Assembly: GCA_040398445.1 (NCBI GenBank)
Contig: JBBAUB010000014.1
Location: 1,884 to 65,883, forward strand
Source of the DNA: Gemmobacter sp.
Lineage (GTDB): Bacteria > Pseudomonadota > Alphaproteobacteria > Rhodobacterales > Rhodobacteraceae
Direction of reading: 5' to 3'
Length of the DNA stretch: 64,000 nt
The stretch's first letter is position 1; each line of letters starts with the position of its first letter. Positions 48,826 to 58,101 of this stretch are shown one piece after another. Both the position numbers and the translations under genes were made by a program. The notes beneath the pieces were generated by a model that was given only the letters and a program-made list of their open reading frames with translations, searched no databases and was not told the origin of the DNA.

Positions 48826-48901
48826 TTCGCCACGAACGGCGGAATTGACTTCGCCCGAACAAGTACGATCATACGACGTTCACGACAGTGGAGCCTTTCC
48901 G

Positions 48902-49861
48902 GTGACACCTGCGACGCACAGTACAGACCACGTTCCCGCATCGGCCCGCGCCGGTCACTGGAATGCTGTGATCGCGCAGGCCTATTTCCCGCTCGACCTG
49001 ACGTTCCGCCAGCCTGCCCGCTTCGAAGGGCGGCTGGAACACAGCACCCTTGGCGAGGTGTCGCTGTCGCGCCTGCAAACCGAGCCTGTGCAATACGAAC
49101 GCCACCGCCGCCACATCTCGCGCACAACCGAGGAACAGTACCTTATCACCATCCCGCGCAAATCGCCGGTCGAGTTCAGCCAATCGGGACGCGAGGTGCG
49201 CTGCGATCCGGGCGGTTTCATCCTCGAACGTGGCGACGAACCCTATCGCTTTTCCTATGGCGCGGCGAACGACCTGTGCGTCATCAAGGTCGCAAAACCC
49301 GTCCTGTCGGAAAAGCTGCGCAACCCCGACCGCTTTTGTGCGCTGGTGTTCGACGGACGCGGGGGGATGGGGGCATTGTTCACCACCATGGCGCAACAGG
49401 TACAGCGCCAGACGGCTGCCGAACCGGCGACCGATCCGCTTGCCGGAACCGTGCTGGGGCGGCATCTGGTCGAGCTTTTGGCGCTTGCACTCGACCAAGG
49501 CAGCGACGTCGAAACGGGCGCGGCCTCGTCGGTGCGCGAGGGCCACCGCCGCCGCGCGCAGGCGGTGATCCTGTCGCAACTTTCGAACCCCGACCTGTCG
49601 CCCGAACTTGTGGCCGACCGCGTCGGCATCTCGAAACGCTACTTGCACGAATTGTTCGCCGAGGTGAACTCGACCGTCTCGCAATCCATCCGCGAACAGC
49701 GGCTGCGGGCGGCGCGTGACCTGTTGCAAATGCCCGGCCCCGGCCCGATGTCTGACATCGCCTATCGCTTCGGCTTTTCCGATCAGGCGCAGTTCTCGCG
49801 GCTGTTCAAGGCGATGTTCGGCCAGACCCCAAGCAGCTACCGCGCCAGCCAAACGCCCTAA
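48902..49861 (+). CDS. AraC-family transcriptional regulator
   Basis: C-terminal double HTH ...ISKRYLHELFAEVNSTVSQSIREQRLRAARDLL...MSDIAYRFGFSDQAQFSRLFKAMFGQTPSSYR. No ATG lies in the N-terminal part of ORF 48599..49861, so I chose in-frame GTG 48902 (TGGAG 9 nt upstream). The start is uncertain. Confidence 0.75.
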   Translation: MTPATHSTDHVPASARAGHWNAVIAQAYFPLDLTFRQPARFEGRLEHSTLGEVSLSRLQTEPVQYERHRRHISRTTEEQYLITIPRKSPVEFSQSGREVRCDPGGFILERGDEPYRFSYGAANDLCVIKVAKPVLSEKLRNPDRFCALVFDGRGGMGALFTTMAQQVQRQTAAEPATDPLAGTVLGRHLVELLALALDQGSDVETGAASSVREGHRRRAQAVILSQLSNPDLSPELVADRVGISKRYLHELFAEVNSTVSQSIREQRLRAARDLLQMPGPGPMSDIAYRFGFSDQAQFSRLFKAMFGQTPSSYRASQTP

Positions 49862-50676
49862 GCGGCACGCCCCGCCATCGTCACGGGTCCGCCCACGCGC
49901 CGCACGCGCAGGGCAACTGCGTCACCATCGGCATGGGCTTCCACCACAGCTTCTTGCCCCAAAGTCAGCGGCGACAGCCCCCGATAGGAAAACACCGCAG
50001 GCACCCGCCTCAGAACGCGCTCGGCCAGCACCATCATCGCCACGGCCTGCAACGGACCATGCACCACCGGCCCCGCGTAGCCTTCCACATTCCGCGCATA
50101 ATCGGCGTCATAATGGATGCGATGCCCGTTGAACGTCAGCGCCGAAAAGCGGAACAGGCGCACCGGATCGGCCAGCAGCGGCATTTGCGCCACCGCCGCG
50201 CCAAGTTCGGGCGCATCGGGATAAAGCACCGCAGGTGCATCCGGCGCTGGATCTTCGCGGTAAACCAGATCCTGCCGCTCTGACACGATCACAGTGCCGC
50301 CCACGCTGTAATCATGCCGCACCGACACAAAGATCAGCGGTCCCGTCGACCCCGTCTTTTCCGCGATCCGCTCGATCCGGCTGTCGCGTATGACTTCGTC
50401 ATCCACATGGAATGCGCCGTGAAAGGCAATCTCGCCCCCCGCCCACATCCGCCGCGTCAGGGCCAAGGGCGGCAACTCCAACCCCAGCCGCGGATGCCCG
50501 TCACGCCCCAGATCGGCGGGGGGATAGGCATCGGGACACAGCGCCCAGAACAGGCCAAGCGGAACCTCGCCTGTCGCAAGATCGGGCAGCGTGGCGCGAT
50601 ACTGCGCGATCAGTCGCGGCGAGAGTGTATCAACCCGCCGCGACCCGCGCCCGATCCAGTCGTCAAACGCGCCCAT
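49858..50676 (-). CDS. MaoC/HTD2-like double hot-dog acyl-CoA (enoyl-CoA) hydratase
   Basis: RMWAGGEIAFHGAFHVDDEV...FRFSALTFNGHRIHYDADYARNVEGYAGPVVHGPL resembles itaconyl-/mesaconyl-CoA hydratase-type proteins. Confidence 0.65.
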   Translation of the reverse strand: MGAFDDWIGRGSRRVDTLSPRLIAQYRATLPDLATGEVPLGLFWALCPDAYPPADLGRDGHPRLGLELPPLALTRRMWAGGEIAFHGAFHVDDEVIRDSRIERIAEKTGSTGPLIFVSVRHDYSVGGTVIVSERQDLVYREDPAPDAPAVLYPDAPELGAAVAQMPLLADPVRLFRFSALTFNGHRIHYDADYARNVEGYAGPVVHGPLQAVAMMVLAERVLRRVPAVFSYRGLSPLTLGQEAVVEAHADGDAVALRVRRVGGPVTMAGRAA

Positions 50677-50688
50677 GCGCCCCCCAGG

Positions 50689-51870
50689 TTACGGTTGCGG
50701 CCATTCGGGATCGACCAGACCCATCGGATAGGCATGGCCGAAATCCAGCGGCGGCTGGATCACGTATTTCCGGTCGAACGGCAGCCACGGATAGGCCGCC
50801 CCCGACCGCACGATATAGGGCCAGTCGGGATGCGCAAACAACGGACGGCCCAGCGCCACCATGTCGGCCGCGCCCGAAGTCAGCGCCGCTTCGGCCTGTT
50901 CGCCCTCGGCGATGCCGCCATTGGTGATGACGGGCTTGCCCGACGCACGCTTGAGCACGGTCGGCATCGGCGTCGGGTCAGCAGGGAACCGGTTGTCCAG
51001 ATAATTGAAGCTCGCCCAGTGCAGCGCGTCATAGGCCGAGTCTTTGAGCGCCGCGCCGATGGCTTCGGCATAGGCCGTGCCGCCCGGCCAAGCGCCCATG
51101 AAATCGTCGACCCCGTCCTGCGACAGCCGCAGGATCACCAGCTTGTCCGGCCCGATTGCGGCGCGGATCTTGTCGCCGACCAGCTTGGCGAAACGCACGT
51201 TGTTTTCGGGGCTGCCGCCGAAGTCGTCGGTACGCAGGTTGGTTTTCGGCGTGATGAATTGCCACAAAAGGTAACCGTTCGCGCCATGCACCTCGACCCC
51301 GTCGGCTCCGGCCTCGACCGCACGCTTGGCCCCTGCGGCAAAACCGTCGGCCACGGCGTGCAATTCGGCAACCGACAATTCACGCGCCAGCCCGAACGTG
51401 ACCTTGGGCCATGCGCCGTCGATGTTGCGGATGGTCTTTTCGTAGTCGTTGTCGGTGTAAAGGGTCCAGCCCTCGCTTTGCGTGGCCGATGCACTGACCG
51501 GAGGTTCGCCGCCCAGCGTGCGCGGATCGCAGACGCGGCCGCCGTGCATCAACTGGATCACGATCTTTGCGCCGTTGTCATGCACCGCATCGCAGACTTT
51601 TTTCCAGCCCGCCACATGGGCGGCATTGGCGATACCGGGTTGCGACAAGTATGCCCGCGACTGGAACGCATCCTGTTCATAGGTACCTTCGGTCACGATC
51701 AGCCCCAAACCGCCCCGCGCGCGCCGCGCGTAATAGGCGACCATCTCGTCGGTCGGCGTACCGTCGGGATGCGCCATCTGCCGCGTCAAAGGTGCCATGG
51801 CGATGCGGTTGCGCAAGGTCACGCGGCCCAGCGTGACGGGGGAAAACAGGGTGGGGAAGGCTTCGGCCAT
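50689..51870 (-). CDS. Old-yellow-enzyme family NADH:flavin oxidoreductase (ene-reductase)
   Basis: LFSPVTLGRVTLRNRIAMAPLTR...IQLMHGGR...GADGVEVHGANGYLLWQF. AGGAG RBS. ORF trimmed to ATG 51870. Confidence 0.85.
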   Translation of the reverse strand: MAEAFPTLFSPVTLGRVTLRNRIAMAPLTRQMAHPDGTPTDEMVAYYARRARGGLGLIVTEGTYEQDAFQSRAYLSQPGIANAAHVAGWKKVCDAVHDNGAKIVIQLMHGGRVCDPRTLGGEPPVSASATQSEGWTLYTDNDYEKTIRNIDGAWPKVTFGLARELSVAELHAVADGFAAGAKRAVEAGADGVEVHGANGYLLWQFITPKTNLRTDDFGGSPENNVRFAKLVGDKIRAAIGPDKLVILRLSQDGVDDFMGAWPGGTAYAEAIGAALKDSAYDALHWASFNYLDNRFPADPTPMPTVLKRASGKPVITNGGIAEGEQAEAALTSGAADMVALGRPLFAHPDWPYIVRSGAAYPWLPFDRKYVIQPPLDFGHAYPMGLVDPEWPQP

Positions 51871-51887
51871 GTTGGAAACTCCTGTAA

Positions 51888-52808
51888 TTACAGCCGTCCG
51901 GCCCAAATGCCGGAACGGACAAGATCGGAAATCTGGGCGCGGATCAGCCGCACCACCGCCTTGGTGACGGGGGCGGCGGCGCGATGGGGCGCGTGGGCAA
52001 GGATCAATTCGCGGCTGATGGCGGGGGTGAGGCGCTGCGCCATCAACCGCCCCGCCTGCAATTCGCGGTTGACGGCGGTCAGCGGCAGGATGGTGCGGAT
52101 GCCCCCCGATCCGACAAGATCGTGGATCGTCGGCAACGTCTCGAGCTCGATCGCCACGTTCAGCGTGACTCCCGATTTGGCCGCCGCCTCTTCGACCAGC
52201 ACGCGCAACCCGTGCGGCGATCCGGGCAAAACCAGCTCTTCGCCCGCCAACTGTGCCATGCTCACCTCGGACCCGTTGCCCAAAGGCGGCGCGTCGGGGG
52301 CGGAAATCAGGAACATATCCTCGAACAGCAGATGTTCGGCATCCAGCAGCGCGCTCGACTTCATCTTGTAAAGCACCGCAAGGTCCACCTTGCCCGCCGC
52401 CAGCCAGTCGGCCACATGGCCGCTGAACCCTTCCATGACCCGCATCCGAACCCGCGGCAAATCAGCCCGTATCTGGCGCAACAAGGGCGCAAGCAACACC
52501 AGCCCGACCGAGGGCGGCACCGCCAGCTTGACCGTCCCGTCCAATTCGCCCGCCGAGGCGCGCATGTCCTGCCGCAGCGCCTCGCGTTCGGCCAGTATCC
52601 CCCGCGCACGGGTCAGGAACACCTCGCCCGCATCTGTCAGAACCACGCCCCGCCCGTTTCGGTAGAACAGCGCCGTGCCAAGTTCGGCCTCCAGATCGCG
52701 CACGCGGCGGCTGAGCGCGGATTGCGCCGTATTGTTCTGCAACGCCGATTTCGAGAAACTCCCCGTCTCGGCGATGCTGACGAAATACTGCAGGTCCAGA
52801 AACTCCAC
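51888..52808 (-). CDS. LysR-family transcriptional regulator (LysR-2) embedded within the operon
   Basis: MEFLDLQYFVSIAETGSFSKSALQNNTAQSALSRRVRDLEAELG. It starts 3 nt after the hyuB (pair 3) stop. Confidence 0.85.
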   Translation of the reverse strand: MEFLDLQYFVSIAETGSFSKSALQNNTAQSALSRRVRDLEAELGTALFYRNGRGVVLTDAGEVFLTRARGILAEREALRQDMRASAGELDGTVKLAVPPSVGLVLLAPLLRQIRADLPRVRMRVMEGFSGHVADWLAAGKVDLAVLYKMKSSALLDAEHLLFEDMFLISAPDAPPLGNGSEVSMAQLAGEELVLPGSPHGLRVLVEEAAAKSGVTLNVAIELETLPTIHDLVGSGGIRTILPLTAVNRELQAGRLMAQRLTPAISRELILAHAPHRAAAPVTKAVVRLIRAQISDLVRSGIWAGRL

Positions 52809-52811
52809 CGC

Positions 52812-54587
52812 TCAGGCAGCCCGCATCCGTGCCCGCAAGCTTTGGGTCGCTGTTTCGTCCAAACCCCAGCCATAACCGTTCTTTACCGGCTGGAAGACAA
52901 CGCCATAAACCTCGCGTGCATGGTCGGGCGTGATGTACCCGTCCAAAAGGTCGTCCAACACCTTGGCCGGATCGCGGTTCAGCGGATGGCCGTAGCCGCC
53001 GCCACAGGGCGAGAGGTAGGTCACCACGTCCCCCAGTTCGGCCCGCATGCCGGAAAACTTGGCATCCACATCGCGCGGCGGCTGCCCGCTGGTGGCGTTT
53101 TCAATCCGCACGATGGCGGTCGCCCCCTCGTGCCCGCCAAAGATGCCCCACGGCACATCCTCGTTGCGGTCGCTTTCATGGGTCATGAACCCCGGCGTCA
53201 GGAAGCGTTGCGATTTCACCACGCCCATGCCGCCCCTGTATTCGCCCGCACCGGGGAACACATCGTCGCGGATTTCGTAGCGGTCGCAGATCATCGGCAG
53301 ATGCATGCCAAGGTCTTCCAGCGGATTGTTGCGGGTGTTGCGCATCAATTCCTCGATGGTGTCCGGCCCGTCCGAACGGGGCCGCGCACCCATGGCGGCC
53401 TCGTTCACCTCGATCAGCACCCAGTAATCCCCCGTATCGCGCAGACCGGAATAGGATGCAAAGGACAGGCAGGCCGCGTTTCCGGCAGTGCATTTGTCGG
53501 GCAGCACGGGGGCGAGCGCCTTGATGATCAGATCGACCACGCGCTGAATCTGGTTGAACCGCGCCTCGCAGGCGGCGGGCGCGATGGGGTTGAAGATAGA
53601 CCCCAAGGGCGCCGTCACCTTGACGGGGCGGAACGACCCCTCGTTCTGCGGGATGTACTCCTGATGGGTATAGGTATCTAGCAACAGCGCACGAAAGGCG
53701 AAGTAGCAGGCCACCTTGGTCGACCCCTCGAACGGCACGTTGAACGCGGTGGGCACCTGCGGCGACGATCCTGTCAGGTCGACCTCGACATCGTCGCCGC
53801 GCACCCGCACCGTCACCTTGATCGGCAGGCGAACGCCCCGCGTGCGGCCATCGTCATCCATGAAGCCTTCGGCAAAGTAATCCCCGTCAGGTATCTTGGC
53901 GATCTCGCGCCGCAGCATGGTTTCGGAATAGTCCATCAACTGGCTGGCGGCCTGTTCGACCGTATCGCGGCCATAGGTATCCATCAGCTCGCAATACCGC
54001 TTCACCCCCAACTCGGCCGATGCGATCTGCGCTTCAAGATCGCGCATCACCAGCCCCGGCACCCGCGTGTTGCCGCTGATATAGCGCCACAGCGTATCGT
54101 TGCGCTTGCCCGCCTCGACCAGCTTCAACCCGTTCAGCAGCATCCCTTCGGCAAAGACATCCGGCACGTCGATGATCAACCCCGGCGTGGCCGCCCCGAT
54201 ATCGAGATGGTGCGCGGTATTGGCGGAAAAACCGACCAGTTCGCCACGGTAGAAGATCGGCATGACGATCCCGATGTCGGGCGAATGGCTGGCCCCGAAA
54301 TAGGGGTGGTTGTGAATCACCACATCGCCGTCATGCCAGTCGGTTTTGGGAATGCTCTTCTCGATCCCGCGCAGATAACCGGGGATCGACCCGATATGCA
54401 TCGGCGTGGAATCGCTTTCGCACAGCGTGTTATAATCAAGGTCGAACAGCCCCGCGCCAAGGTCCTGGCTTTCGCGGATGATCGACGAATAGGACATGCG
54501 ATACAGCACGTTGCCCATCTGTTCGGCAATGGCATGCAACGCGCCGCCAATGACCTGAAGCGTGATCGGATCGATGGTCTTGGTCAT
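52812..54587 (-). CDS. hyuB: Hydantoinase B / oxoprolinase family beta subunit (pair 3)
   Basis: MTKTIDPITLQVIGGALHAIAEQMGNVLYRMSYSSIIRESQDLGAGLFD... 57 of the 70 N-terminal residues I aligned by eye are identical to pair 1. Confidence 0.85.
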   Translation of the reverse strand: MTKTIDPITLQVIGGALHAIAEQMGNVLYRMSYSSIIRESQDLGAGLFDLDYNTLCESDSTPMHIGSIPGYLRGIEKSIPKTDWHDGDVVIHNHPYFGASHSPDIGIVMPIFYRGELVGFSANTAHHLDIGAATPGLIIDVPDVFAEGMLLNGLKLVEAGKRNDTLWRYISGNTRVPGLVMRDLEAQIASAELGVKRYCELMDTYGRDTVEQAASQLMDYSETMLRREIAKIPDGDYFAEGFMDDDGRTRGVRLPIKVTVRVRGDDVEVDLTGSSPQVPTAFNVPFEGSTKVACYFAFRALLLDTYTHQEYIPQNEGSFRPVKVTAPLGSIFNPIAPAACEARFNQIQRVVDLIIKALAPVLPDKCTAGNAACLSFASYSGLRDTGDYWVLIEVNEAAMGARPRSDGPDTIEELMRNTRNNPLEDLGMHLPMICDRYEIRDDVFPGAGEYRGGMGVVKSQRFLTPGFMTHESDRNEDVPWGIFGGHEGATAIVRIENATSGQPPRDVDAKFSGMRAELGDVVTYLSPCGGGYGHPLNRDPAKVLDDLLDGYITPDHAREVYGVVFQPVKNGYGWGLDETATQSLRARMRAA

Positions 54588-54590
54588 GGT

Positions 54591-56690
54591 TCAGGCCCTC
54601 CCGTCGGTGCGGGCAATCACCAGATCGCCCAGTTTCATCACCGTCGCCACAAAGCCCGGCGGCACGATGGTGGTGGAATTCTGCTGCACGATGACCGCAG
54701 GCCCCACGACCGTATCCTGCGCCCGCAGCTTCATGCGGTCAAAACGCGGGGTCTGGATCGTTTCGCCGTCATCAAAGGTGGTGGGCCGCGCGTACAGTGC
54801 GGCTTCCGACGGGTTGCGCCGCCCGCCTTTTTCCAGCACCGGCAGGCGCAGCGTGTCGGACCGCGACGACCCGATCACCCGCAGCGTCACCATCTGCACC
54901 GCCTGATCTTCAAACGCATGGCCATATTCCGTGCGGTGCACTGCAAAGAACCGCCGCGCCATTTCCTGCGCGGTGGCAGCGGTAAACGGCCCCTCGGGCA
55001 CCGCCACCCGCAACTCGAAGCCTTGGCCGACATAGCGACATTCCGCGATCCGCTCGAAGCGCTGCCCTTCGGGGGCGATCCCGTCTGCCGCCAATTGCGT
55101 CGCCGCTTCGGCCTGCAAACGGTCAAACACCGCGTTGACCGCCGCGAAATCCGCGCCGCTGCCCGATTGCAGGATGGTCAGCGAAGACCGTGTGAATTCG
55201 TAGCGCGGTTCGGTCACCAACAGCCCCATCGCCGCCGTGATCCCCGGATGCAGCGGCGCGATCACGTTCTTGGCCGCGATGATCTGGCCCAGCGCCACCC
55301 CGTGCAGCGGACCCGCCCCGCCAAATGCCATCAGGCTGTAGTTCCGCGGGTCGATCCCCCGCGCCACGGAATTCGACGCAATCGCCAAGGCCATGGTGTT
55401 GTTGATGATCTTCAACACGCCCAAGGCCGCGTCCTTTACGCTCAGCCCCATCGGGTCGGCCAGATGCGTCTTGATCGCCGCTTCCGAAAGGCTGGCATCG
55501 ATATGCAAGCCTCCGCCAAGGAAATGTTCGGGGTCCAACCGCCCCAGCACCACCTGCGCATCCGTCACCGTGGGCAGCGTGCCGCCCCGCCCGTAGCAGG
55601 CCGGTCCCGGTTCGGCCCCCGCCGATTTCGGCCCCACGCGGAACGCACCGCCGCTGTCGACATAAGCGATAGACCCGCCGCCCGCCCCGATGGCATCGAT
55701 ATCGATCATCGGCACCAGCACGGGCATATGCGCAACCTCGGTGTCGCGCGGGTTCTTGATCGTCAATTCACCATTGCGGATCACGCTGATATCGGCGGAC
55801 GTCCCCCCGATGTCGATCGTGATGATCTCGCGCTGGTCGCAGGCCTCGCCCGTCCAGCGCGCGCCGATCACCCCGCCCGCCGGACCCGACAGCAACAGCC
55901 CCACAGGGTTGCGGCTGGCCTGTTCCACCGTCGTCACGCCACCGTTCGACTGCATGATACGGACATAGGCATTGACCCCCGCTTCGGCCAGACGCCGTTT
56001 GAGGTTGTCGAGATATCCCGCCACCTTCGGCCCGATATAGGCGTTCATCGCCGCCGTCGAAAAGCGTTCGTATTCGCGGATGGTGTTGACCACCTCGGAT
56101 GACGTGCAGACAAAGGCATCGGGCATCACCCGCCGCACAATCTCGGCGGCCTGCATCTCGTGGTCGGGATTGAGGAAGGAATAGAGGAACCCCACCACCA
56201 CCGCATCCAGCCCCCGCTCGGCGAACAGTTCTGCCGCCGACTCGACCTGGTCCAGCGCCAGCGCCGTCTCGACCCGCCCCGTCGGCGGCAAGATGCGCTC
56301 GTCCACCACGATCCTGTTGCGCCGCTTGATCAAAGGCGCACTTTGCCATGGCACATCGAATTGCAGGCTGAAGTTATGCGGCCGCTTGTGCCGCCCCATG
56401 TGCAGGATATCGCGGAAGCCGCGTGTGGTGATCATGCCCACTTCGGCCCCGTTACGCTCGATCACGATGTTCGTGGCGACTGTGGTTCCGTGAAACAGCG
56501 CGTCGATCTGCGCGGGCTGCACCCCCGCCATGGCGCATAATTCGACCACACCCTGCACCACCGCAATCGACTGGTCCGCAATGGTGGACGATACCTTGTG
56601 CGTGAACACCCGCTGCTTGCCACCCGCCTCGACCTGTTCCAGCACAAGGTCCGTGAACGTCCCGCCGACATCGACACCGACACGTATCAT
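54591..56690 (-). CDS. hyuA: Hydantoinase A / oxoprolinase family alpha subunit (pair 3)
   Basis: MIRVGVDVGGTFTDLVLEQ...GFRDILHMGRHKRPHNFSLQFDVPWQS parallels pair 1. ORF 54591..56765 was trimmed to ATG 56690. Confidence 0.85.
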   Translation of the reverse strand: MIRVGVDVGGTFTDLVLEQVEAGGKQRVFTHKVSSTIADQSIAVVQGVVELCAMAGVQPAQIDALFHGTTVATNIVIERNGAEVGMITTRGFRDILHMGRHKRPHNFSLQFDVPWQSAPLIKRRNRIVVDERILPPTGRVETALALDQVESAAELFAERGLDAVVVGFLYSFLNPDHEMQAAEIVRRVMPDAFVCTSSEVVNTIREYERFSTAAMNAYIGPKVAGYLDNLKRRLAEAGVNAYVRIMQSNGGVTTVEQASRNPVGLLLSGPAGGVIGARWTGEACDQREIITIDIGGTSADISVIRNGELTIKNPRDTEVAHMPVLVPMIDIDAIGAGGGSIAYVDSGGAFRVGPKSAGAEPGPACYGRGGTLPTVTDAQVVLGRLDPEHFLGGGLHIDASLSEAAIKTHLADPMGLSVKDAALGVLKIINNTMALAIASNSVARGIDPRNYSLMAFGGAGPLHGVALGQIIAAKNVIAPLHPGITAAMGLLVTEPRYEFTRSSLTILQSGSGADFAAVNAVFDRLQAEAATQLAADGIAPEGQRFERIAECRYVGQGFELRVAVPEGPFTAATAQEMARRFFAVHRTEYGHAFEDQAVQMVTLRVIGSSRSDTLRLPVLEKGGRRNPSEAALYARPTTFDDGETIQTPRFDRMKLRAQDTVVGPAVIVQQNSTTIVPPGFVATVMKLGDLVIARTDGRA

Positions 56691-56879
56691 TCCAGACCCC
56701 CGCTGATTGGCTTTGCCCAGACGATTGACGCACGGAATAGCGCAAGGACAAAGCGGATTTTGCATACCGCGCCATGGGGTCGAGGACGGTATCGCCAGCG
56801 CAGACTTGGCAAAAACATCAAGGAACGCAAGTGTTTAACCGACGGGATATATGACCAAAGCACAACCCGCCGCCGTGCC

Positions 56880-56896
56880 ATATCCAAACCGGATAT
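56880..56896. promoter_or_regulatory. Inverted repeat ATATCC-N5-GGATAT upstream of hyuA (pair 3)
   Basis: Perfect 6-bp arms in the 289-bp lower-GC spacer 56691-56979. A further GGATATAT occurs at about 56845. Confidence 0.35.
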
Positions 56897-56979
56897 CTGC
56901 TTTCACATGCAAGCTGCCCTTGGTGCACAAGATACCGGCGGCATTCGCATAACGAACCATGCCGCCGCGTCCGGTGCGG

Positions 56980-58101
56980 TCAGCCGAATTCCCGCCGCAG
57001 CGCCGCGCCATGCGCACCCTTGGCAGGCACAGGCCCCGTGCCGATCCCGCCATCGTCGAAGCGCACGCCGCGCGCCATCATCCGCACGGGGCCGGTAGGG
57101 CTGTCGACCGTCACGTGCCGCGCCTGTGGATGGCTGTCCAGATCGTCCAGCCCCGATATGCGCCCGCAGGCTATTCCCGCAGCATTCAACACCTGCATCG
57201 CCGTTTCGCGGTCCATCGCGGCCAGAACCGGCGCAATCATCGCCTCGACTGTATCACGATGCGCCACGCGGGCCACGTTCGTGGCATAGCGCGGGTCTTG
57301 GCCCAATTCGGGCTGCCCGAGCACATGCGTGACAAGCGCCACCCATTCGCGGTCGCTTTGCACCGCCAAAAGCACCTCGCGCCCGTCTGCGCAGGCAAAG
57401 GCGCCATAGGGCGCGATCGACGGGTGCCGCAGCCCCACCCGTGCCGGCCCCGCCCCGCCATAGACCGCCTGTAGATAGGGCACGTTCATCCAGTCGGCCA
57501 TGGTGTGAAACAGCGACACCTCGACCACGCGCCCCTGTCCCGTTCGCGCCCGCGCGATCAGCGATTGCAGCACGGCGGCAAAAGCAGTCTCGCCCGCCGC
57601 GATATCGCACACCGAAAGGCCCACCCGCGCCGCGCCCTCGGGCGTGCCGTTGATCGACAAAAGCCCGCTCTCGCCCTGTATCAGCATGTCATAGGCTTTC
57701 TGGTCGCGATAAGGCCCGTCTTCGCCATAGCCCGAGATCGACACGTAAATCAGCGCAGGATGCGCCACCCGCATCGCCTCGGCCCCGACGCCCAGCCGCT
57801 CTGCCGCGCCCGGCGCAAGGTTCTGCACGAAGACATCCGCCTGCCCGATCATCCGCGTCAGCACCGCCAGATCCGCTGCCTGCCGCAGGTCGAGACAGAT
57901 CGACTCCTTGCCACGGTTGATCCAGACGAAATAGGCGCTCTCGCCATGGACAAGCCGGTCGTAACCCCGTGCGAAATCGCCCTCGGGGCGTTCCACCTTG
58001 ATAACCCGTGCGCCCGCATCAGCCAGCCGCGACGTCGCCAAGGGCGCAGCCACCGCCTGTTCCAGCGACACCACAAGCACGCCCTCAAGATCGCGGCTCA
58101 T
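56980..58101 (-). CDS. Family III (CaiB/BaiF) CoA-transferase
   Basis: LEGVLVVSLEQAVAAPLATSRLADAGARVIKVERPEGDFARGYD. ATGA overlap with the acyl-CoA dehydrogenase stop. ORF 56980..58284 was trimmed. Confidence 0.85.
   Translation of the reverse strand: MSRDLEGVLVVSLEQAVAAPLATSRLADAGARVIKVERPEGDFARGYDRLVHGESAYFVWINRGKESICLDLRQAADLAVLTRMIGQADVFVQNLAPGAAERLGVGAEAMRVAHPALIYVSISGYGEDGPYRDQKAYDMLIQGESGLLSINGTPEGAARVGLSVCDIAAGETAFAAVLQSLIARARTGQGRVVEVSLFHTMADWMNVPYLQAVYGGAGPARVGLRHPSIAPYGAFACADGREVLLAVQSDREWVALVTHVLGQPELGQDPRYATNVARVAHRDTVEAMIAPVLAAMDRETAMQVLNAAGIACGRISGLDDLDSHPQARHVTVDSPTGPVRMMARGVRFDDGGIGTGPVPAKGAHGAALRREFG

Noticed and set aside
48562-48901. Sigma-54 (-24 GG / -12 GC) promoter in the AraC/hyuB2 intergenic region, for example TGGATGACAAATGC on the minus strand and TGGCTGGCCCTACTGC on the plus strand.
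   Set aside because: The GG-to-GC spacing is off by one nucleotide in each candidate, and no enhancer-binding-protein gene is nearby.
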